Below are positions 1-9,918 of a DNA stretch of 64,000 nt, one piece after another. This DNA is from a virus. The stretch covers positions 37,286 through 101,285 of the IMG/VR virus record IMGVR_UViG_3300034190_001539; one strand, given 5' to 3'. The translations under genes were made by a program, and so were the position numbers. The notes beneath the pieces are model-generated. The model was given only the letters and a program-made list of their open reading frames with translations, did not search any database and was not told the DNA's origin. The first letter of the stretch is position 1. Every line of letters starts with the position of its first letter.

Positions 1-3000
1 AATGTTTGATGAGTGTCCACCAAAAATTGACATTTTTTGAAATACTTCAAGTTTGTCCTCTACACGAGCTTTACTTGATTCTAACCTACCAAACGAACCA
101 GTTGATGTTACTGAGCCACTTATGTTTCCAAGAGGCAACTCCAAATTACCTTCTTTAGTTAGTATAAAAGTATCTTGCATACCACCATCATTTTGTGATA
201 TAACAAACGATACACTTGTTTCATCAAATCTTACTTTATTTTCACCACCTAATTTTAATTGACCAGTGTTTACAACCTCAGTTGTCATCTGAGAGTTGTC
301 TACTTTAAATTTATCGTTTCCACCATTTCTATAAACTAATTGGTCATTATCATAAACTAATGAACCATTAGCATCAAAAACATAACTAAAAGATGTACCC
401 TCTGTCCTTCCAAACGAACCAGTTGATTCAAATGAACCACTTAAAAAAGTTCCATCAATAGTAAAGTTAGATTCAGCAGTTCCTGAACCATCACCATCTG
501 CAGTTAATATTCTGTTCTCTCCATCATTGGCGATTGCCATAAATCCACCAGTTCCGCCTGTTTGACCTGTGCCACCAGTTCCACCAGTAGCACCTGTTTG
601 TCCAGTTCCGCCTGTTCCACCAGTAGCACCTATACCACCAGTTCCACCAGTTCCAGTTCCACCAGTTCCGCCAGTAGCACCAGTTGCTCCAGTCTGTCCA
701 GTTCCTCCAGTTCCTCCAGTTTGACCTGTACCACCAGTTCCACCAGTTTCGCCTGTTCCTCCTGTACCACCAGTCGCTGTACTAGCTGCTCCAGTTCCAC
801 CTGTACCACCAGTACCAGTTCCACCAGTACCACCTGTGTGACCAGTTCCACCAGTTCCGCCTGTTTGTCCAGTTCCTCCTGTTCCGCCAGTTTGACCTGT
901 ACCACCAGTTCCACCAGTGCCTGTTCCACCAGTACCACCAGTTGCTCCAGTAGCACCAGTTGCTCCAGTTTGTCCAGTTCCTCCTGTTCCGCCAGTTTGA
1001 CCTGTACCACCAGTTCCACCAGTGCCTGTTCCACCAGTTCCACCAGTTCCGCCTGTAGCGCCTGTTTGTCCAGTTCCACCTGTTCCGCCTGTAGCGCCTT
1101 GCGCTCCAATTCCACCAGTTCCTCCAGTACCTGTTCCACCAGTTCCACCAGTCGCTCCAGTTGCTCCAGTTTCACCTGTTTGACCAGTTCCGCCTGTTCC
1201 GCCTGTAACACCTACTCCACCAGTACCACCAGTACCAGTTCCGCCAGTTCCACCAGTAGCGCCAGTCTGACCTGTACCACCAGTTCCGCCAGTTTGACCA
1301 GTTCCGCCTGTTCCACCTGTTTCGCCTGTACCACCAGTTCCGCCTGTTGCTGTACTAGCTGCTCCAGTTCCACCTGTTCCACCAGTACCTGTTCCACCAG
1401 TACCACCAGTAGCACCTGTTGCTCCAGTCTGTCCAGTTCCACCAGTTCCGCCTGTAGCGCCTTGCGCTCCAATTCCTCCAGTACCACCAGTTCCAGTTCC
1501 ACCTGTTCCGCCTGTTTGACCAGTACCACCTGTTCCACCAGTAGCACCTATACCACCAGTTCCTCCTGTAGCACCTACTCCACCAGTACCGCCAGTTCCA
1601 GTTCCACCTGTTCCGCCAGTTTGACCTGTTCCACCAGTACCGCCAGTACCTGTTCCACCAGTTCCGCCTGTGCCTCCTGTTGCACCTGTTTCTCCAGTTC
1701 CTCCAGTACCCCCAGTAGCGGTAGACGCAGCGCCAGTTCCGCCTGTTCCACCAGTTCCAGTTCCTCCTGTTCCGCCTGTTTCTCCAGTTCCACCAGTTCC
1801 GCCTGTTTGTCCAGTTCCGCCAGTTCCCCCTGTAACACCTACTCCACCAGTACCACCAGTGCCTGTTCCACCAGTTCCACCAGTTCCGCCTGTTGCTCCA
1901 GTAGCACCTGTTTGTCCAGTTCCTCCTGTTCCACCAGTTTGTCCAGTTCCTCCTGTACCACCAGTTCCAGTTCCACCAGTTCCGCCAGTAGCACCAGTTG
2001 CTCCAGTTTGTCCAGTTCCGCCAGTTCCGCCTGTCTCTCCATTACCGCCAGTACCACCAGTTCCAGTACCACCAGTTCCACCAGTTTGACCTGTTCCGCC
2101 AGTACCACCAGTTCCCTGACCACCAGTTCCGCCTGTTCCACCTGTATCTCCTACACCACCAGTACCACCAGTTCCAGTACCACCAGTTCCACCAGTTGCT
2201 CCAGTTGCTCCAGTTTGACCTGTTCCACCAGTACCACCAGTTGCTGTGCTAGCTGCTCCAGTACCACCAGTTCCACCAGTGCCAGTTCCACCAGTTCCGC
2301 CAGTACCACCAGTTGTTCCATCACCGCCAGTTCCTCCTGTAGAACCTACACCACCAGTTCCGCCAGTAACTCCTATACCACCAGTTCCGCCAGTACCTGT
2401 TCCGCCTGTTCCGCCAGTAGCACCAGTAGCTCCTGTTTGACCAGTTCCACCAGTTCCACCAGTTTCACCTGTTCCGCCTGTTCCGCCTGTTACTCCATCT
2501 CCACCTGTTCCACCAGTAACACCTATACCACCAGTTCCACCTGTGCCAGTTCCACCAGTTCCGCCTGTTTGACCAGTTCCACCTGTTCCTCCAGTTCCTT
2601 GTCCACCAGTTCCACCAGTTGCTCCAGTTTGTCCAGTTCCGCCAGTTCCACCAGTACCTGTACCACCAGTTCCACCTGTTGCACCTGCTCCACCAGTACC
2701 ACCAGTTCCAGTTCCGCCAGTTCCGCCTGTCTGCCCAGTTCCGCCTGTTCCACCAGTTTGACCTGTACCACCAGTTCCGCCTGTTTCGCCTGTTCCACCA
2801 GTTCCACCTGTGCCAGTTCCACCAGTTCCGCCTGTTTGACCAGTTCCACCTGTTCCACCAGTAACACCTATACCACCAGTACCACCAGTTCCTTGACCAC
2901 CAGTACCACCTGTGTGACCTGTTCCACCAGTTCCTCCAGTTCCAGTTCCGCCAGTTCCTCCAGTTTCGCCTGTAGCACCTGTTTGTCCAGTTGCTCCAGT

Positions 3001-4107
3001 AGCACCTGTTTGTCCAGTTCCACCAGTTCCGCCTGTTTGACCTGTGCCACCAGTACCGCCAGTTCCTTGTCCACCAGTTCCACCAGTTCCACCTGTAACA
3101 CCTACACCACCAGTTCCACCTGTGCCAGTTCCGCCAGTTCCACCAGTAGCACCTACACCACCAGTTCCGCCTGTCTGCCCAGTACCACCAGTTCCGCCTG
3201 TTTCACCTGTTCCACCAGTACCACCAGTTCCAGTTCCACCTGTTCCACCAGTTGCTCCAGTTGCTCCAGTTTGACCTGTACCGCCAGTTCCACCTGTCTG
3301 TCCAGTTCCACCAGTTCCGCCTGTAGCACCTACACCACCAGTTCCGCCAGTTCCAGTTCCGCCAGTTCCACCAGTAGCACCAGTTGCTCCAGTAGCGCCT
3401 GTTTGTCCAGTTCCACCTGTTCCGCCTGTCTGTCCAGTTCCACCTGTACCACCAGTACCAGTTCCACCAGTACCACCTGTTCCGCCTGTTGCTCCAGTAG
3501 CACCTGTTTGCCCAGTTCCACCAGTTCCGCCTGTCTGTCCAGTTCCACCAGTACCACCAGTACCAGTTCCGCCTGTTCCACCTGTTCCACCAGTAGCACC
3601 TACACCACCTGTTCCGCCAGTTTCACCTGTTCCACCAGTACCACCAGTACCAGTTCCACCAGTTCCACCAGTTGCTCCAGTAGCACCTGTTTGTCCAGTT
3701 CCGCCTGTTCCACCAGTAGCACCTATACCACCAGTTCCACCAGTTCCAGTTCCACCAGTTCCACCTGTTCCGCCTGTTGCTCCATCACCACCAGTTCCGC
3801 CAGTAGCACCTTCACCACCAGTTCCACCAGTAGCACCAGTAGCGCCAGTAGCGCCAGTAGCACCAGTTGCTCCAGTAGCTCCAGTTTGACCAGTTCCACC
3901 AGTTCCACCAGTTCCTACTGTATAATCTTCACCATTTATTTGTAAAACACCAAATGAACCAGTTGATATTGCTGAACCACTAATATTACCAGCTACTGAT
4001 ATATAACCAAAAGAACCCGATGTTTCGGATGAACCACTAATATTACCTTTCTTAACGATAATATCGTGATTAAATACATTTTTACCTATGTATTTGGGAT
4101 TAGACAT
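1..4107 (-). CDS. Gly-X-Thr (collagen-like/glycine-rich) fibre protein, >1369 aa, 3' end outside window
   Basis: ATG at 4107 ([34 protein letters not shown]...) directly follows the TAA of the upstream gene. The frame is open at both ends and in the internal stretches I translated, down to position 1 (...[20 protein letters not shown]). About 1124 aa of [12 protein letters not shown] triplets. Not in the ORF track because it has no stop inside the window. Confidence 0.9.
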   Translation of the reverse strand, partial: MSNPKYIGKNVFNHDIIVKKGNISGSSETSGSFGYISVAGNISGSAISTGSFGVLQINGEDYTVGTGGTGGTGQTGATGATGATGATGATGATGGTGGEGATGGTGGDGATGGTGGTGGTGTGGTGGIGATGGTGGTGQTGATGATGGTGGTGTGGTGGTGETGGTGGVGATGGTGGTGGTGTGGTGGTGQTGGTGGTGQTGATGATGGTGGTGGTGTGGTGGTGQTGGTGGTGQTGATGATGATGGTGGTGTGGTGGVGATGGTGGTGQTGGTGGTGQTGATGATGGTGGTGTGGTGGTGETGGTGGTGQTGGTGGVGATGGTGGTGTGGTGGVGVTGGTGGTGGQGTGGTGGTGQTGGTGGTGQTGATGATGQTGATGETGGTGGTGTGGTGGTGHTGGTGGQGTGGTGGIGVTGGTGGTGQTGGTGGTGTGGTGGTGETGGTGGTGQTGGTGGTGQTGGTGGTGTGGTGGAGATGGTGGTGTGGTGGTGQTGATGGTGGQGTGGTGGTGQTGGTGGTGTGGTGGIGVTGGTGGDGVTGGTGGTGETGGTGGTGQTGATGATGGTGGTGTGGTGGIGVTGGTGGVGSTGGTGGDGTTGGTGGTGGTGTGGTGGTGAASTATGGTGGTGQTGATGATGGTGGTGTGGTGGVGDTGGTGGTGGQGTGGTGGTGQTGGTGGTGTGGTGGNGETGGTGGTGQTGATGATGGTGGTGTGGTGGTGQTGGTGGTGQTGATGATGGTGGTGGTGTGGTGGVGVTGGTGGTGQTGGTGGTGETGGTGGTGTGGTGGTGAASTATGGTGGTGETGATGGTGGTGGTGTGGTGGTGQTGGTGGTGTGGTGGVGATGGTGGIGATGGTGGTGQTGGTGGTGTGGTGGIGAQGATGGTGGTGQTGATGATGGTGGTGTGGTGGTGAASTATGGTGGTGETGGTGGTGQTGGTGGTGQTGATGGTGGTGTGGTGGVGVTGGTGGTGQTGETGATGATGGTGGTGTGGTGGIGAQGATGGTGGTGQTGATGGTGGTGGTGTGGTGGTGQTGGTGGTGQTGATGATGATGGTGGTGTGGTGGTGQTGGTGGTGQTGGTGGTGHTGGTGGTGTGGTGGTGAASTATGGTGGTGETGGTGGTGQTGGTGGTGQTGATGATGGTGGTGTGGTGGIGATGGTGGTGQTGATGGTGGTGQTGGTGGFMAIANDGENRILTADGDGSGTAESNFTIDGTFLSGSFESTGSFGRTEGTSFSYVFDANGSLVYDNDQLVYRNGGNDKFKVDNSQMTTEVVNTGQLKLGGENKVRFDETSVSFVISQNDGGMQDTFILTKEGNLELPLGNISGSVTSTGSFGRLESSKARVEDKLEVFQKMSIFGGHSSNI
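544..3915 (-). repeat. Coding 9-bp-period repeat encoding (Gly-X-Thr)n with periodic Gly-Thr interruptions
   Basis: + strand is a mosaic of ccagttcca/ccagtacca/cctgttccg units; minus translation e.g. [39 protein letters not shown]. Confidence 0.95.
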
Positions 4108-4108
4108 A

Positions 4109-4432
4109 TTATGTCATTTCCAATATACTTGCAAAGGCTTCTAAATCACCTGTAGCTGATGCAATTGCTTTCAATATATCACCAGCTTCTAAATTAATTG
4201 GTTTCTCTATTACCAAAGTTGAATCTGCTGGCACATCTACTGTTTTCATTATATGAAATGTAGTACCAGCGCTTGAATCTGTTACAGTAATATCTACTGT
4301 GGCATCGTTAGTTCCATCTATATTGCTAATATAAATTGCGTGAATAATTCCAGTTGTATTTGCTGGAGCAGTATAAATAGTTGTAGCACTATCACCAATT
4401 GCTACGCCTGCATTTTTAAAAGTATTAGCCAT
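4109..4432 (-). CDS. Small beta-rich hypothetical virion/fibre-associated protein
   Basis: 107-aa [12 protein letters not shown]...TTIYTAPA...[11 protein letters not shown], packed between fibre genes; resembles a common small protein of aquatic myoviruses (from memory). Confidence 0.7.
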   Translation of the reverse strand: MANTFKNAGVAIGDSATTIYTAPANTTGIIHAIYISNIDGTNDATVDITVTDSSAGTTFHIMKTVDVPADSTLVIEKPINLEAGDILKAIASATGDLEAFASILEMT

Positions 4433-4434
4433 TA

Positions 4435-4680
4435 TTATCCTCCAAAGACTATAGCCATCGCCGTAGCGTGGTCAATTACAGATGAACCTTGTTCAAAGAT
4501 TCTTCCCTCAGCATTAATGTCAGCACCAGCTTTTAGTGTTCCAAATGAACCTGTAGATGTAGAAGAACCAGACACCAAAGCAAAAGATCCAGTAGATGTA
4601 GAATCGCCTACAAAGCTACCTGAAATCGTAAATGAACCAGTCAGTTTTGGATTTAGTTGTTTACTTCGTTGTAAAGCCAT
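4435..4680 (-). CDS. Short fibre-like protein with TGSF/SGS repeats and C-terminal AMAIVFGG
   Basis: 81-aa ORF with five [ST]GS motifs; shares the SGSxxSTGSFG module with the fibres. Confidence 0.65.
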   Translation of the reverse strand: MALQRSKQLNPKLTGSFTISGSFVGDSTSTGSFALVSGSSTSTGSFGTLKAGADINAEGRIFEQGSSVIDHATAMAIVFGG

Positions 4681-4936
4681 ATCTTTTCTCTTCTTTTACA
4701 CTCTCCCAATGACTTTTCATTGAGCGAGAAATTCTTTTTTTATGCTCTAAAGACTTAGGTTGTTTCATTTTCTCTATAGTCTCTAAAGAAATCTTTCTGT
4801 CCATCTGTGCACAAGATTTACATGCACTATTATTACCAACTGCTCTGTCAAAAGCATCTTTTCTTGAGTATGTCAGCATCTTTTTACAAGATGGACACTT
4901 TCTATTTTTTCTATCTTCCCAATGCCTTTTTCTCAT
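4661..4936 (-). CDS. Zn-finger (CxxC...CxxC) + NUMOD3-like DNA-binding protein
   Basis: CPSC and CKSC pairs followed by RKISLETIEKM / KSLEHKKRISRS NUMOD3-like motifs; no nuclease motif. Confidence 0.6.
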   Translation of the reverse strand: MRKRHWEDRKNRKCPSCKKMLTYSRKDAFDRAVGNNSACKSCAQMDRKISLETIEKMKQPKSLEHKKRISRSMKSHWESVKEEKRYGFTTK

Positions 4937-4940
4937 AGTA

Positions 4941-4948
4941 ATAAATAT
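4941..4948 (-). promoter_or_regulatory. Putative late promoter ATATTTAT
   Basis: Recurrent intergenic octamer; 4 nt upstream of the ATG at 4936. Confidence 0.55.
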
Positions 4949-4974
4949 AAAGAAATAGTAAAAGAAAGGTGGAA

Positions 4975-6516
4975 CTACGAATTAAATTTTCCTTGCGCTA
5001 TTATTTCATCATCATCTTCTAAATCATAACCTATACTGGTTGTATTAACTATTAGGTGAAATGTAGAGCCTGCTTGTTGTATCGTAAGAGCATCATGTTC
5101 CATATACTGACCATTTATAAAAAATACAAAGTCTTGTTCATTAGTGGCAGTAAGTCCAGTTGGAGCAGAAGCTGTTACAGCAGTAAAACTAGCAGTTGAT
5201 GGTGCTGAAATAGAGTTAGCTTTTTTAACAAATTGTTTTCTCAAATAAGAGTTAGTATCACCTGTGGTTACTCCATCCACCGATAGAGATCCAGAAATAT
5301 TTACACTACCTGTAAATTGGTGCGTATCGTCTATTGTGTCACCAAATATAGTAGAACCACTTGATTGCATAACAGACATAGAAACAATGGATGATGATAC
5401 TATATAATTTTCTGCAAAAATATCACCTTTAACAACCCAATCAGTATTTACTTCAGCTTTACCATCATCTCTTTGTTTTATTTCAAATGATGTTGCTCCA
5501 ATATGAATTGCATTTGAAGCACTAACATTATTAAACTGAACTGTGCTTGTAGTTCCTACTTCTTGCCCAATAGAAAAGGTAAATTCTTTTTCCTGTGTTC
5601 CATCAAATTTTCCCTCACCGCCTATGCTGACTCCAGTTCCAGCTATTACCTGAAATGATTTATCCAAAGTACCACCAGCAGCACCTTGTTGTACGGATAT
5701 TTTTACATCTTTAGTCTTACTGTCTCCAACTAAGTTGGTTAGATTTACACTTACATCATCTCCTATTAAAATTCTTTTTGGTGTTAGTGTTTTTTGAGTT
5801 GTAAGAACTCTATTAAATTCTTCAGGTATTAAATAACCATTTAAAGTAACTGAAAAGTTTGTTCTAATCAGTCTTTCAGAATTTACAGAAACTTCACTAG
5901 CATCTGTATAATTATCTATTGTTGTTCTGAATTTAAATTTTCCATCTTCTCCCCAATAAGAACCCTCACTCCAAATAATCTTTTCTACAATCTTATTCAT
6001 TTGTTCTGTGTAGGTTGTCCATATAACAAAATCATAAGTCACACTAACATAATCAGGCACACCTACTGTGTATAATTCATTAACTTTATTTAAACCTTGT
6101 TGTACGGAAAATTTATCATAACGATTTTTTTCAGAATATTTTCTTTGGAATGTATAAAATAGTTTAGGGTCTTTAGGATCTAATTTATCAACAGACATAT
6201 TAGTATCTTTTTCAATAGATGTTCTTTTAAAAGCAATTAATGGTATTATTAATTGTTTTTTATTATCTACTAAATAACCATTTTTTTGTACCATAGCCCA
6301 TCTTTCAGGATTAGAATACATAAGAGGAACTTTAATAGATTCTCCATTTTCCTCAACCATTGGTTGGATTGTATTATTAAAGTAAAACATAATAGCTGCA
6401 TCAATATCCATCAACCCAACTGATATTTGTTTTACTGTATCGTCATCTCTCGACCTTAATCTACCACGATTTAATTTTTTCCTAGCAGAGCGAGGTATTG
6501 GTTTTTCACGAGCCAT
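4975..6516 (-). CDS. Tail completion/sheath stabiliser (T4 gp15-like) with C-terminal fibre-like extension
   Basis: Position after neck genes; N-terminal IKVPLMYSNPERW...PDYVSVTYDFVIWT...QMNKIVEKI...RTNFSVTLNGYL pattern. Confidence 0.6.
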   Translation of the reverse strand: MAREKPIPRSARKKLNRGRLRSRDDDTVKQISVGLMDIDAAIMFYFNNTIQPMVEENGESIKVPLMYSNPERWAMVQKNGYLVDNKKQLIIPLIAFKRTSIEKDTNMSVDKLDPKDPKLFYTFQRKYSEKNRYDKFSVQQGLNKVNELYTVGVPDYVSVTYDFVIWTTYTEQMNKIVEKIIWSEGSYWGEDGKFKFRTTIDNYTDASEVSVNSERLIRTNFSVTLNGYLIPEEFNRVLTTQKTLTPKRILIGDDVSVNLTNLVGDSKTKDVKISVQQGAAGGTLDKSFQVIAGTGVSIGGEGKFDGTQEKEFTFSIGQEVGTTSTVQFNNVSASNAIHIGATSFEIKQRDDGKAEVNTDWVVKGDIFAENYIVSSSIVSMSVMQSSGSTIFGDTIDDTHQFTGSVNISGSLSVDGVTTGDTNSYLRKQFVKKANSISAPSTASFTAVTASAPTGLTATNEQDFVFFINGQYMEHDALTIQQAGSTFHLIVNTTSIGYDLEDDDEIIAQGKFNS

Positions 6517-7004
6517 TAAATACTCCTAATTCTTTCTATCTGTATAGAACTCTTTCTGATTAAGAAAGTGTTTGCTATAACCGAATAGTTTTGGTCAAAT
6601 TGTCCACCTATTAACTGATTCTCATTTATAGTACCAACCTCAAAATACCCATAGTTCCAATCTATTAAATCGCCTATCTCTAATACCATTGAAGCATCTA
6701 TAAAAGATTGTCGTAAGAATGAAAATGTTGCTGTCTGTCCAGCATCAGGTCCAAATTCTTCTTGATTAAAATCAAAATCTTCAGCATCTATTAATGCATT
6801 CATTTGTACACCATTCTTATATACCTTCTTACCACCAGCAGCTTCACCATACATATTGGTTACAGACTCCTGAAGTGATGGTTTGTATACAATACATTCT
6901 TGATTTATAATACCATCTTTGTTATTCTGTTTATCCCCAACCAACTCACGTGTAACTCTTGTAATTAAGTTCACATCAGATTGAGGTAAAAATCTACCAG
7001 CCAT
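6516..7004 (-). CDS. Neck/head-closure protein (T4 gp14-like)
   Basis: Synteny gp23-gp13-gp14-gp15; NMYGEA...LEIGDLIDWNYGYFEV motifs. Confidence 0.6.
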   Translation of the reverse strand: MAGRFLPQSDVNLITRVTRELVGDKQNNKDGIINQECIVYKPSLQESVTNMYGEAAGGKKVYKNGVQMNALIDAEDFDFNQEEFGPDAGQTATFSFLRQSFIDASMVLEIGDLIDWNYGYFEVGTINENQLIGGQFDQNYSVIANTFLIRKSSIQIERIRSI

Positions 7005-7008
7005 ATGA

Positions 7009-8175
7009 TTATCCTATATATATTGGATAAGGAACTTTAGCCAACTTTTCTTGTAGATATTCAGCTTCATCTTTATCAGCTTCTAAAAGAGCTTTTCTAC
7101 TTGTTTGGTCTAACATTTCCCTAAGTTGAGTTACTAATATCTCCTTTTCAGTAGACGCCTCTGTTCGTAAGGTGTCTCCATCTAATGTTGTTTCAGCACC
7201 AGGTATTGGAAGTGAAGCATATTTACTTCTTATTGTTCCCAATAATTCTTTACAAAGAGCTAATCCATATTTCTTAATCCACTGTTTACCAACTTCGTTA
7301 ATATTCGCAAAAGTCATATTGTCAAAAGGAGCGTTTGAAAAATCTGTTATTACACCATCCGATTTTCCTTGCAGTGTATTATTTCTATCTTGCTTTACCA
7401 AATATCTAAAATGAAGTTTATATTCGCTTGTAGGATTTGGAAAAATTCTAAGTTTATTATTAACCAATTCAAATGAGTAAGCAGATTTTCTTATCTGGTC
7501 ATTGAACTCAATAGCTTGAACCTTTAATAAATCAGCATACATCGGCATCATCATAAACTGAACGGCTGGTGAGTTGTTGCCCCAACCAAAAGAATCTAAC
7601 ATATTGTAACTACCATCACCTGTACCAGCATAAGGATCGAAATATCTAGTAACTGCCGGAGAAGCCTCATAAAATACTTTTCTAATCTCTATGGCATTAC
7701 CACTTTCAGATGGTTGTGCCCAAAGAGCGTCTAAATCATAAACTTGCGAACCACTTGATACTGCTATAGAACCACTTTTAAAATCTACTGTACCACCGAC
7801 ACCTGCTTCTGTTCCGTATTGTTCAGCTAACTGAATACTTCTACCAATAGTGGGTGTTAGTTTTCTGTGTGTTAAATCTGTTTTTGTAGCACCAGAGCCT
7901 GTATTTTGTCCTTGTAGTGCCAACATATTATCCCTAATATTAAACTGATTTACTTGCGCACTGTATTCTGTGATAGCTTCTTCATAACAAGCATAAAATT
8001 GTTCTTTCTGTAATTCAACTGCTATTATGGGAAAGCCTAATCTTTTAGCTGCCCAATCTGAAAATTTATCCACATTATGATTACTAGATCCCGAAAAGTC
8101 TGTATCTGTATCGTAAAATCCATATGGAGTATCACCAGTTGAAAATGAACTACTACCTGGCCAAATTGCTTCCAT
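7009..8175 (-). CDS. gp13: Neck protein (T4 gp13-like)
   Basis: KRLGFPIIAVELQKEQF and WIKKYGLALCKELLGTIRSKY...PGAETTLDG motifs; directly downstream of MCP. Confidence 0.8.
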   Translation of the reverse strand: MEAIWPGSSSFSTGDTPYGFYDTDTDFSGSSNHNVDKFSDWAAKRLGFPIIAVELQKEQFYACYEEAITEYSAQVNQFNIRDNMLALQGQNTGSGATKTDLTHRKLTPTIGRSIQLAEQYGTEAGVGGTVDFKSGSIAVSSGSQVYDLDALWAQPSESGNAIEIRKVFYEASPAVTRYFDPYAGTGDGSYNMLDSFGWGNNSPAVQFMMMPMYADLLKVQAIEFNDQIRKSAYSFELVNNKLRIFPNPTSEYKLHFRYLVKQDRNNTLQGKSDGVITDFSNAPFDNMTFANINEVGKQWIKKYGLALCKELLGTIRSKYASLPIPGAETTLDGDTLRTEASTEKEILVTQLREMLDQTSRKALLEADKDEAEYLQEKLAKVPYPIYIG

Positions 8176-8210
8176 TATATTCTCCTAAAAAAAGGTGTAT
8201 TTATTCATTA

Positions 8211-8218
8211 ATAAATAT
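8211..8218 (-). promoter_or_regulatory. Putative late promoter ATATTTAT
   Basis: Octamer between the MCP terminator and gp13 (SD AGGAGA at 8181-8186). Confidence 0.6.
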
Positions 8219-8227
8219 ACAAGGCAC

Positions 8228-8260
8228 AAAAAAAGGGTGAGAAATCTCCCACCCTTTTTA
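8228..8260 (-). terminator. Rho-independent terminator after major capsid gene
   Basis: Minus strand AAAAAGGGTGGGAGATTTCTCACCCTTTTTTT: GC stem plus T7 tract. Confidence 0.85.
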
Positions 8261-8281
8261 AGTAGATTAATTGATATTCAA

Positions 8282-9904
8282 TTAAACTTGATCGATGTCG
8301 GTTACAACAACTTTTCCGTAGAATTCTGGACGAACCATCTTCTTAGCGTAACGAGTCATCACACCTTTACGTGGAGTAAAGTTTTGAGGATCGTATACTA
8401 ACGGAGTCATAATCATCGGTACATATGGAGCATATACAGCACCAGTTTCTAAGAAATTGCTTCCTCTGAAACCAATAAGTATAGAATTATCCAACATGTA
8501 AGGATTCTTATAAACAGTATATCTGTTATTGATTGAACCAACAGCTTCAACACCCATAGCATAAGTTTTACCTTCTGCATTACCAGTATTAGCAATATAT
8601 CCGCTAACTGATTCTAAGATTGTAGCAGTTTCAGGTGAAACAACAACAAAATTAGCACCACCACGAAGTGTTTTCTGATGGATAGCATTAGAAACAGATT
8701 GTATCTTAATACCTAATGTTTGAAACCATTGAGATTTCGTATAAGCATTAGAAGCACCACTTATTTGTGAAAAAGCAGGTGCACCTGTTCCAGAACCATC
8801 ATACTCATAGCCAACTTTAGCTGACCAGTATGCTGTCTTAGCAGAAGCATTAGCTTTTAACATATCAAGGATTTCTAAATCGATTTCCATTGCGATGTAC
8901 TCACTTAACATAGCAGTTAGTTCAGCTTCGGCATCAACAGAATGATAAGCATTAAGATCCTGAGCAAGCTCTGGTGTCCATACAGCTTTTAACTTTCTTG
9001 TTTTAGCAACGATAGCTTCACTTCTTAACTGAATGTCTACTTCTGGAATCTCAAGATCATCAGCAGATGATGGTCCAGGTGTAGTAAACGAGCTCTGTTC
9101 AAAATCACCACGTTGAGTAGCAATTGGAGCTTCGTGATACTTAACACCAAAAAGTTGTCCATCAGCAGGTGTAATCTTAGCAAAGAAACTAGCAGTAGTT
9201 ACATTATTGACATCATCAACTACACTATAAGCTGGATAAACAGCTGTTACTCCAGAACCACTAAGTTCCCAAGCACGTATGCCATTGTAGTCAGGTCTAG
9301 TAAATAAACCAGCACCAACTGATACTTTTAAAAGTGTTCCATCAGCAACAGAAGCACTTAAATCAGGCTCAAAGTCTACATCTTTCCATGTAGCAGAACC
9401 AGTAGTCATACCAAGTGGCGTAATACCTTCAGCTTTTTTATCGTTGATTGAATATCCAAATTTGCCTGCACCATACAAACCACCACTAGCATCGCCAGAA
9501 CCTGAAGTATTACCAAATACATCAGAATTTTGATCGATTTGTGAGGAAGCAGAACCATATTTGAAGTCCAAAAAGAAAATCAGACCTGATGGTAGATTCA
9601 TCGGTTGTACACTAACAAACTCTTGTGCTGACAATTCACCAAAGATTCTACGAACCAATGGTAATGCAACACCAGACCACTCTTCTCTATCACCACCAGT
9701 ACCTGTCGCTGAAGCTTCTTTAATAAGCTGCGTTGCCTGGTTTTCTAAAAGAACAGCCATTCCCTGTTTCTTAGTGGAGTCATCGATTTCATCTAACAAT
9801 CCGGTCGGTTCCCATTTGTCGACCAGTTTCCTAGTCTGTTTGAGAAGCTCTTTGTGTGGGTTGTGCCCAGTCATCAAAGAGTTTAGATTATCAAAGTTTG
9901 ACAT
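8282..9904 (-). CDS. gp23: Major capsid protein (T4 gp23 family)
   Basis: LPLVRR, VSVQPMNLPSGLIF, AKTRKLKAVWTPELAQDL, YAPYVP, DPQNFTPRKGVMTRYA; predicted cleavage LIKE63|A64. Confidence 0.97.
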   Translation of the reverse strand: MSNFDNLNSLMTGHNPHKELLKQTRKLVDKWEPTGLLDEIDDSTKKQGMAVLLENQATQLIKEASATGTGGDREEWSGVALPLVRRIFGELSAQEFVSVQPMNLPSGLIFFLDFKYGSASSQIDQNSDVFGNTSGSGDASGGLYGAGKFGYSINDKKAEGITPLGMTTGSATWKDVDFEPDLSASVADGTLLKVSVGAGLFTRPDYNGIRAWELSGSGVTAVYPAYSVVDDVNNVTTASFFAKITPADGQLFGVKYHEAPIATQRGDFEQSSFTTPGPSSADDLEIPEVDIQLRSEAIVAKTRKLKAVWTPELAQDLNAYHSVDAEAELTAMLSEYIAMEIDLEILDMLKANASAKTAYWSAKVGYEYDGSGTGAPAFSQISGASNAYTKSQWFQTLGIKIQSVSNAIHQKTLRGGANFVVVSPETATILESVSGYIANTGNAEGKTYAMGVEAVGSINNRYTVYKNPYMLDNSILIGFRGSNFLETGAVYAPYVPMIMTPLVYDPQNFTPRKGVMTRYAKKMVRPEFYGKVVVTDIDQV

Positions 9905-9918
9905 TATATGTCTCCCAA

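Noticed and set aside
630-3908. Leu/Val/Glu-rich minus-strand ORFs and Pro-Val or Gln-Phe-His plus-strand ORFs
   Set aside because: Alternative frames of the same 9-bp repeat; the true frame is 4107 down to <1.
544-3915. Possible CRISPR array or non-coding satellite
   Set aside because: No repeat-spacer structure; variation is concentrated at third codon positions, so it is coding.
562-3945. 1127-aa Ser/Thr/Cys-rich plus-strand ORF
   Set aside because: Exact antisense shadow of the Gly-X-Thr codons; TTG start, no SD, opposite to the operon.
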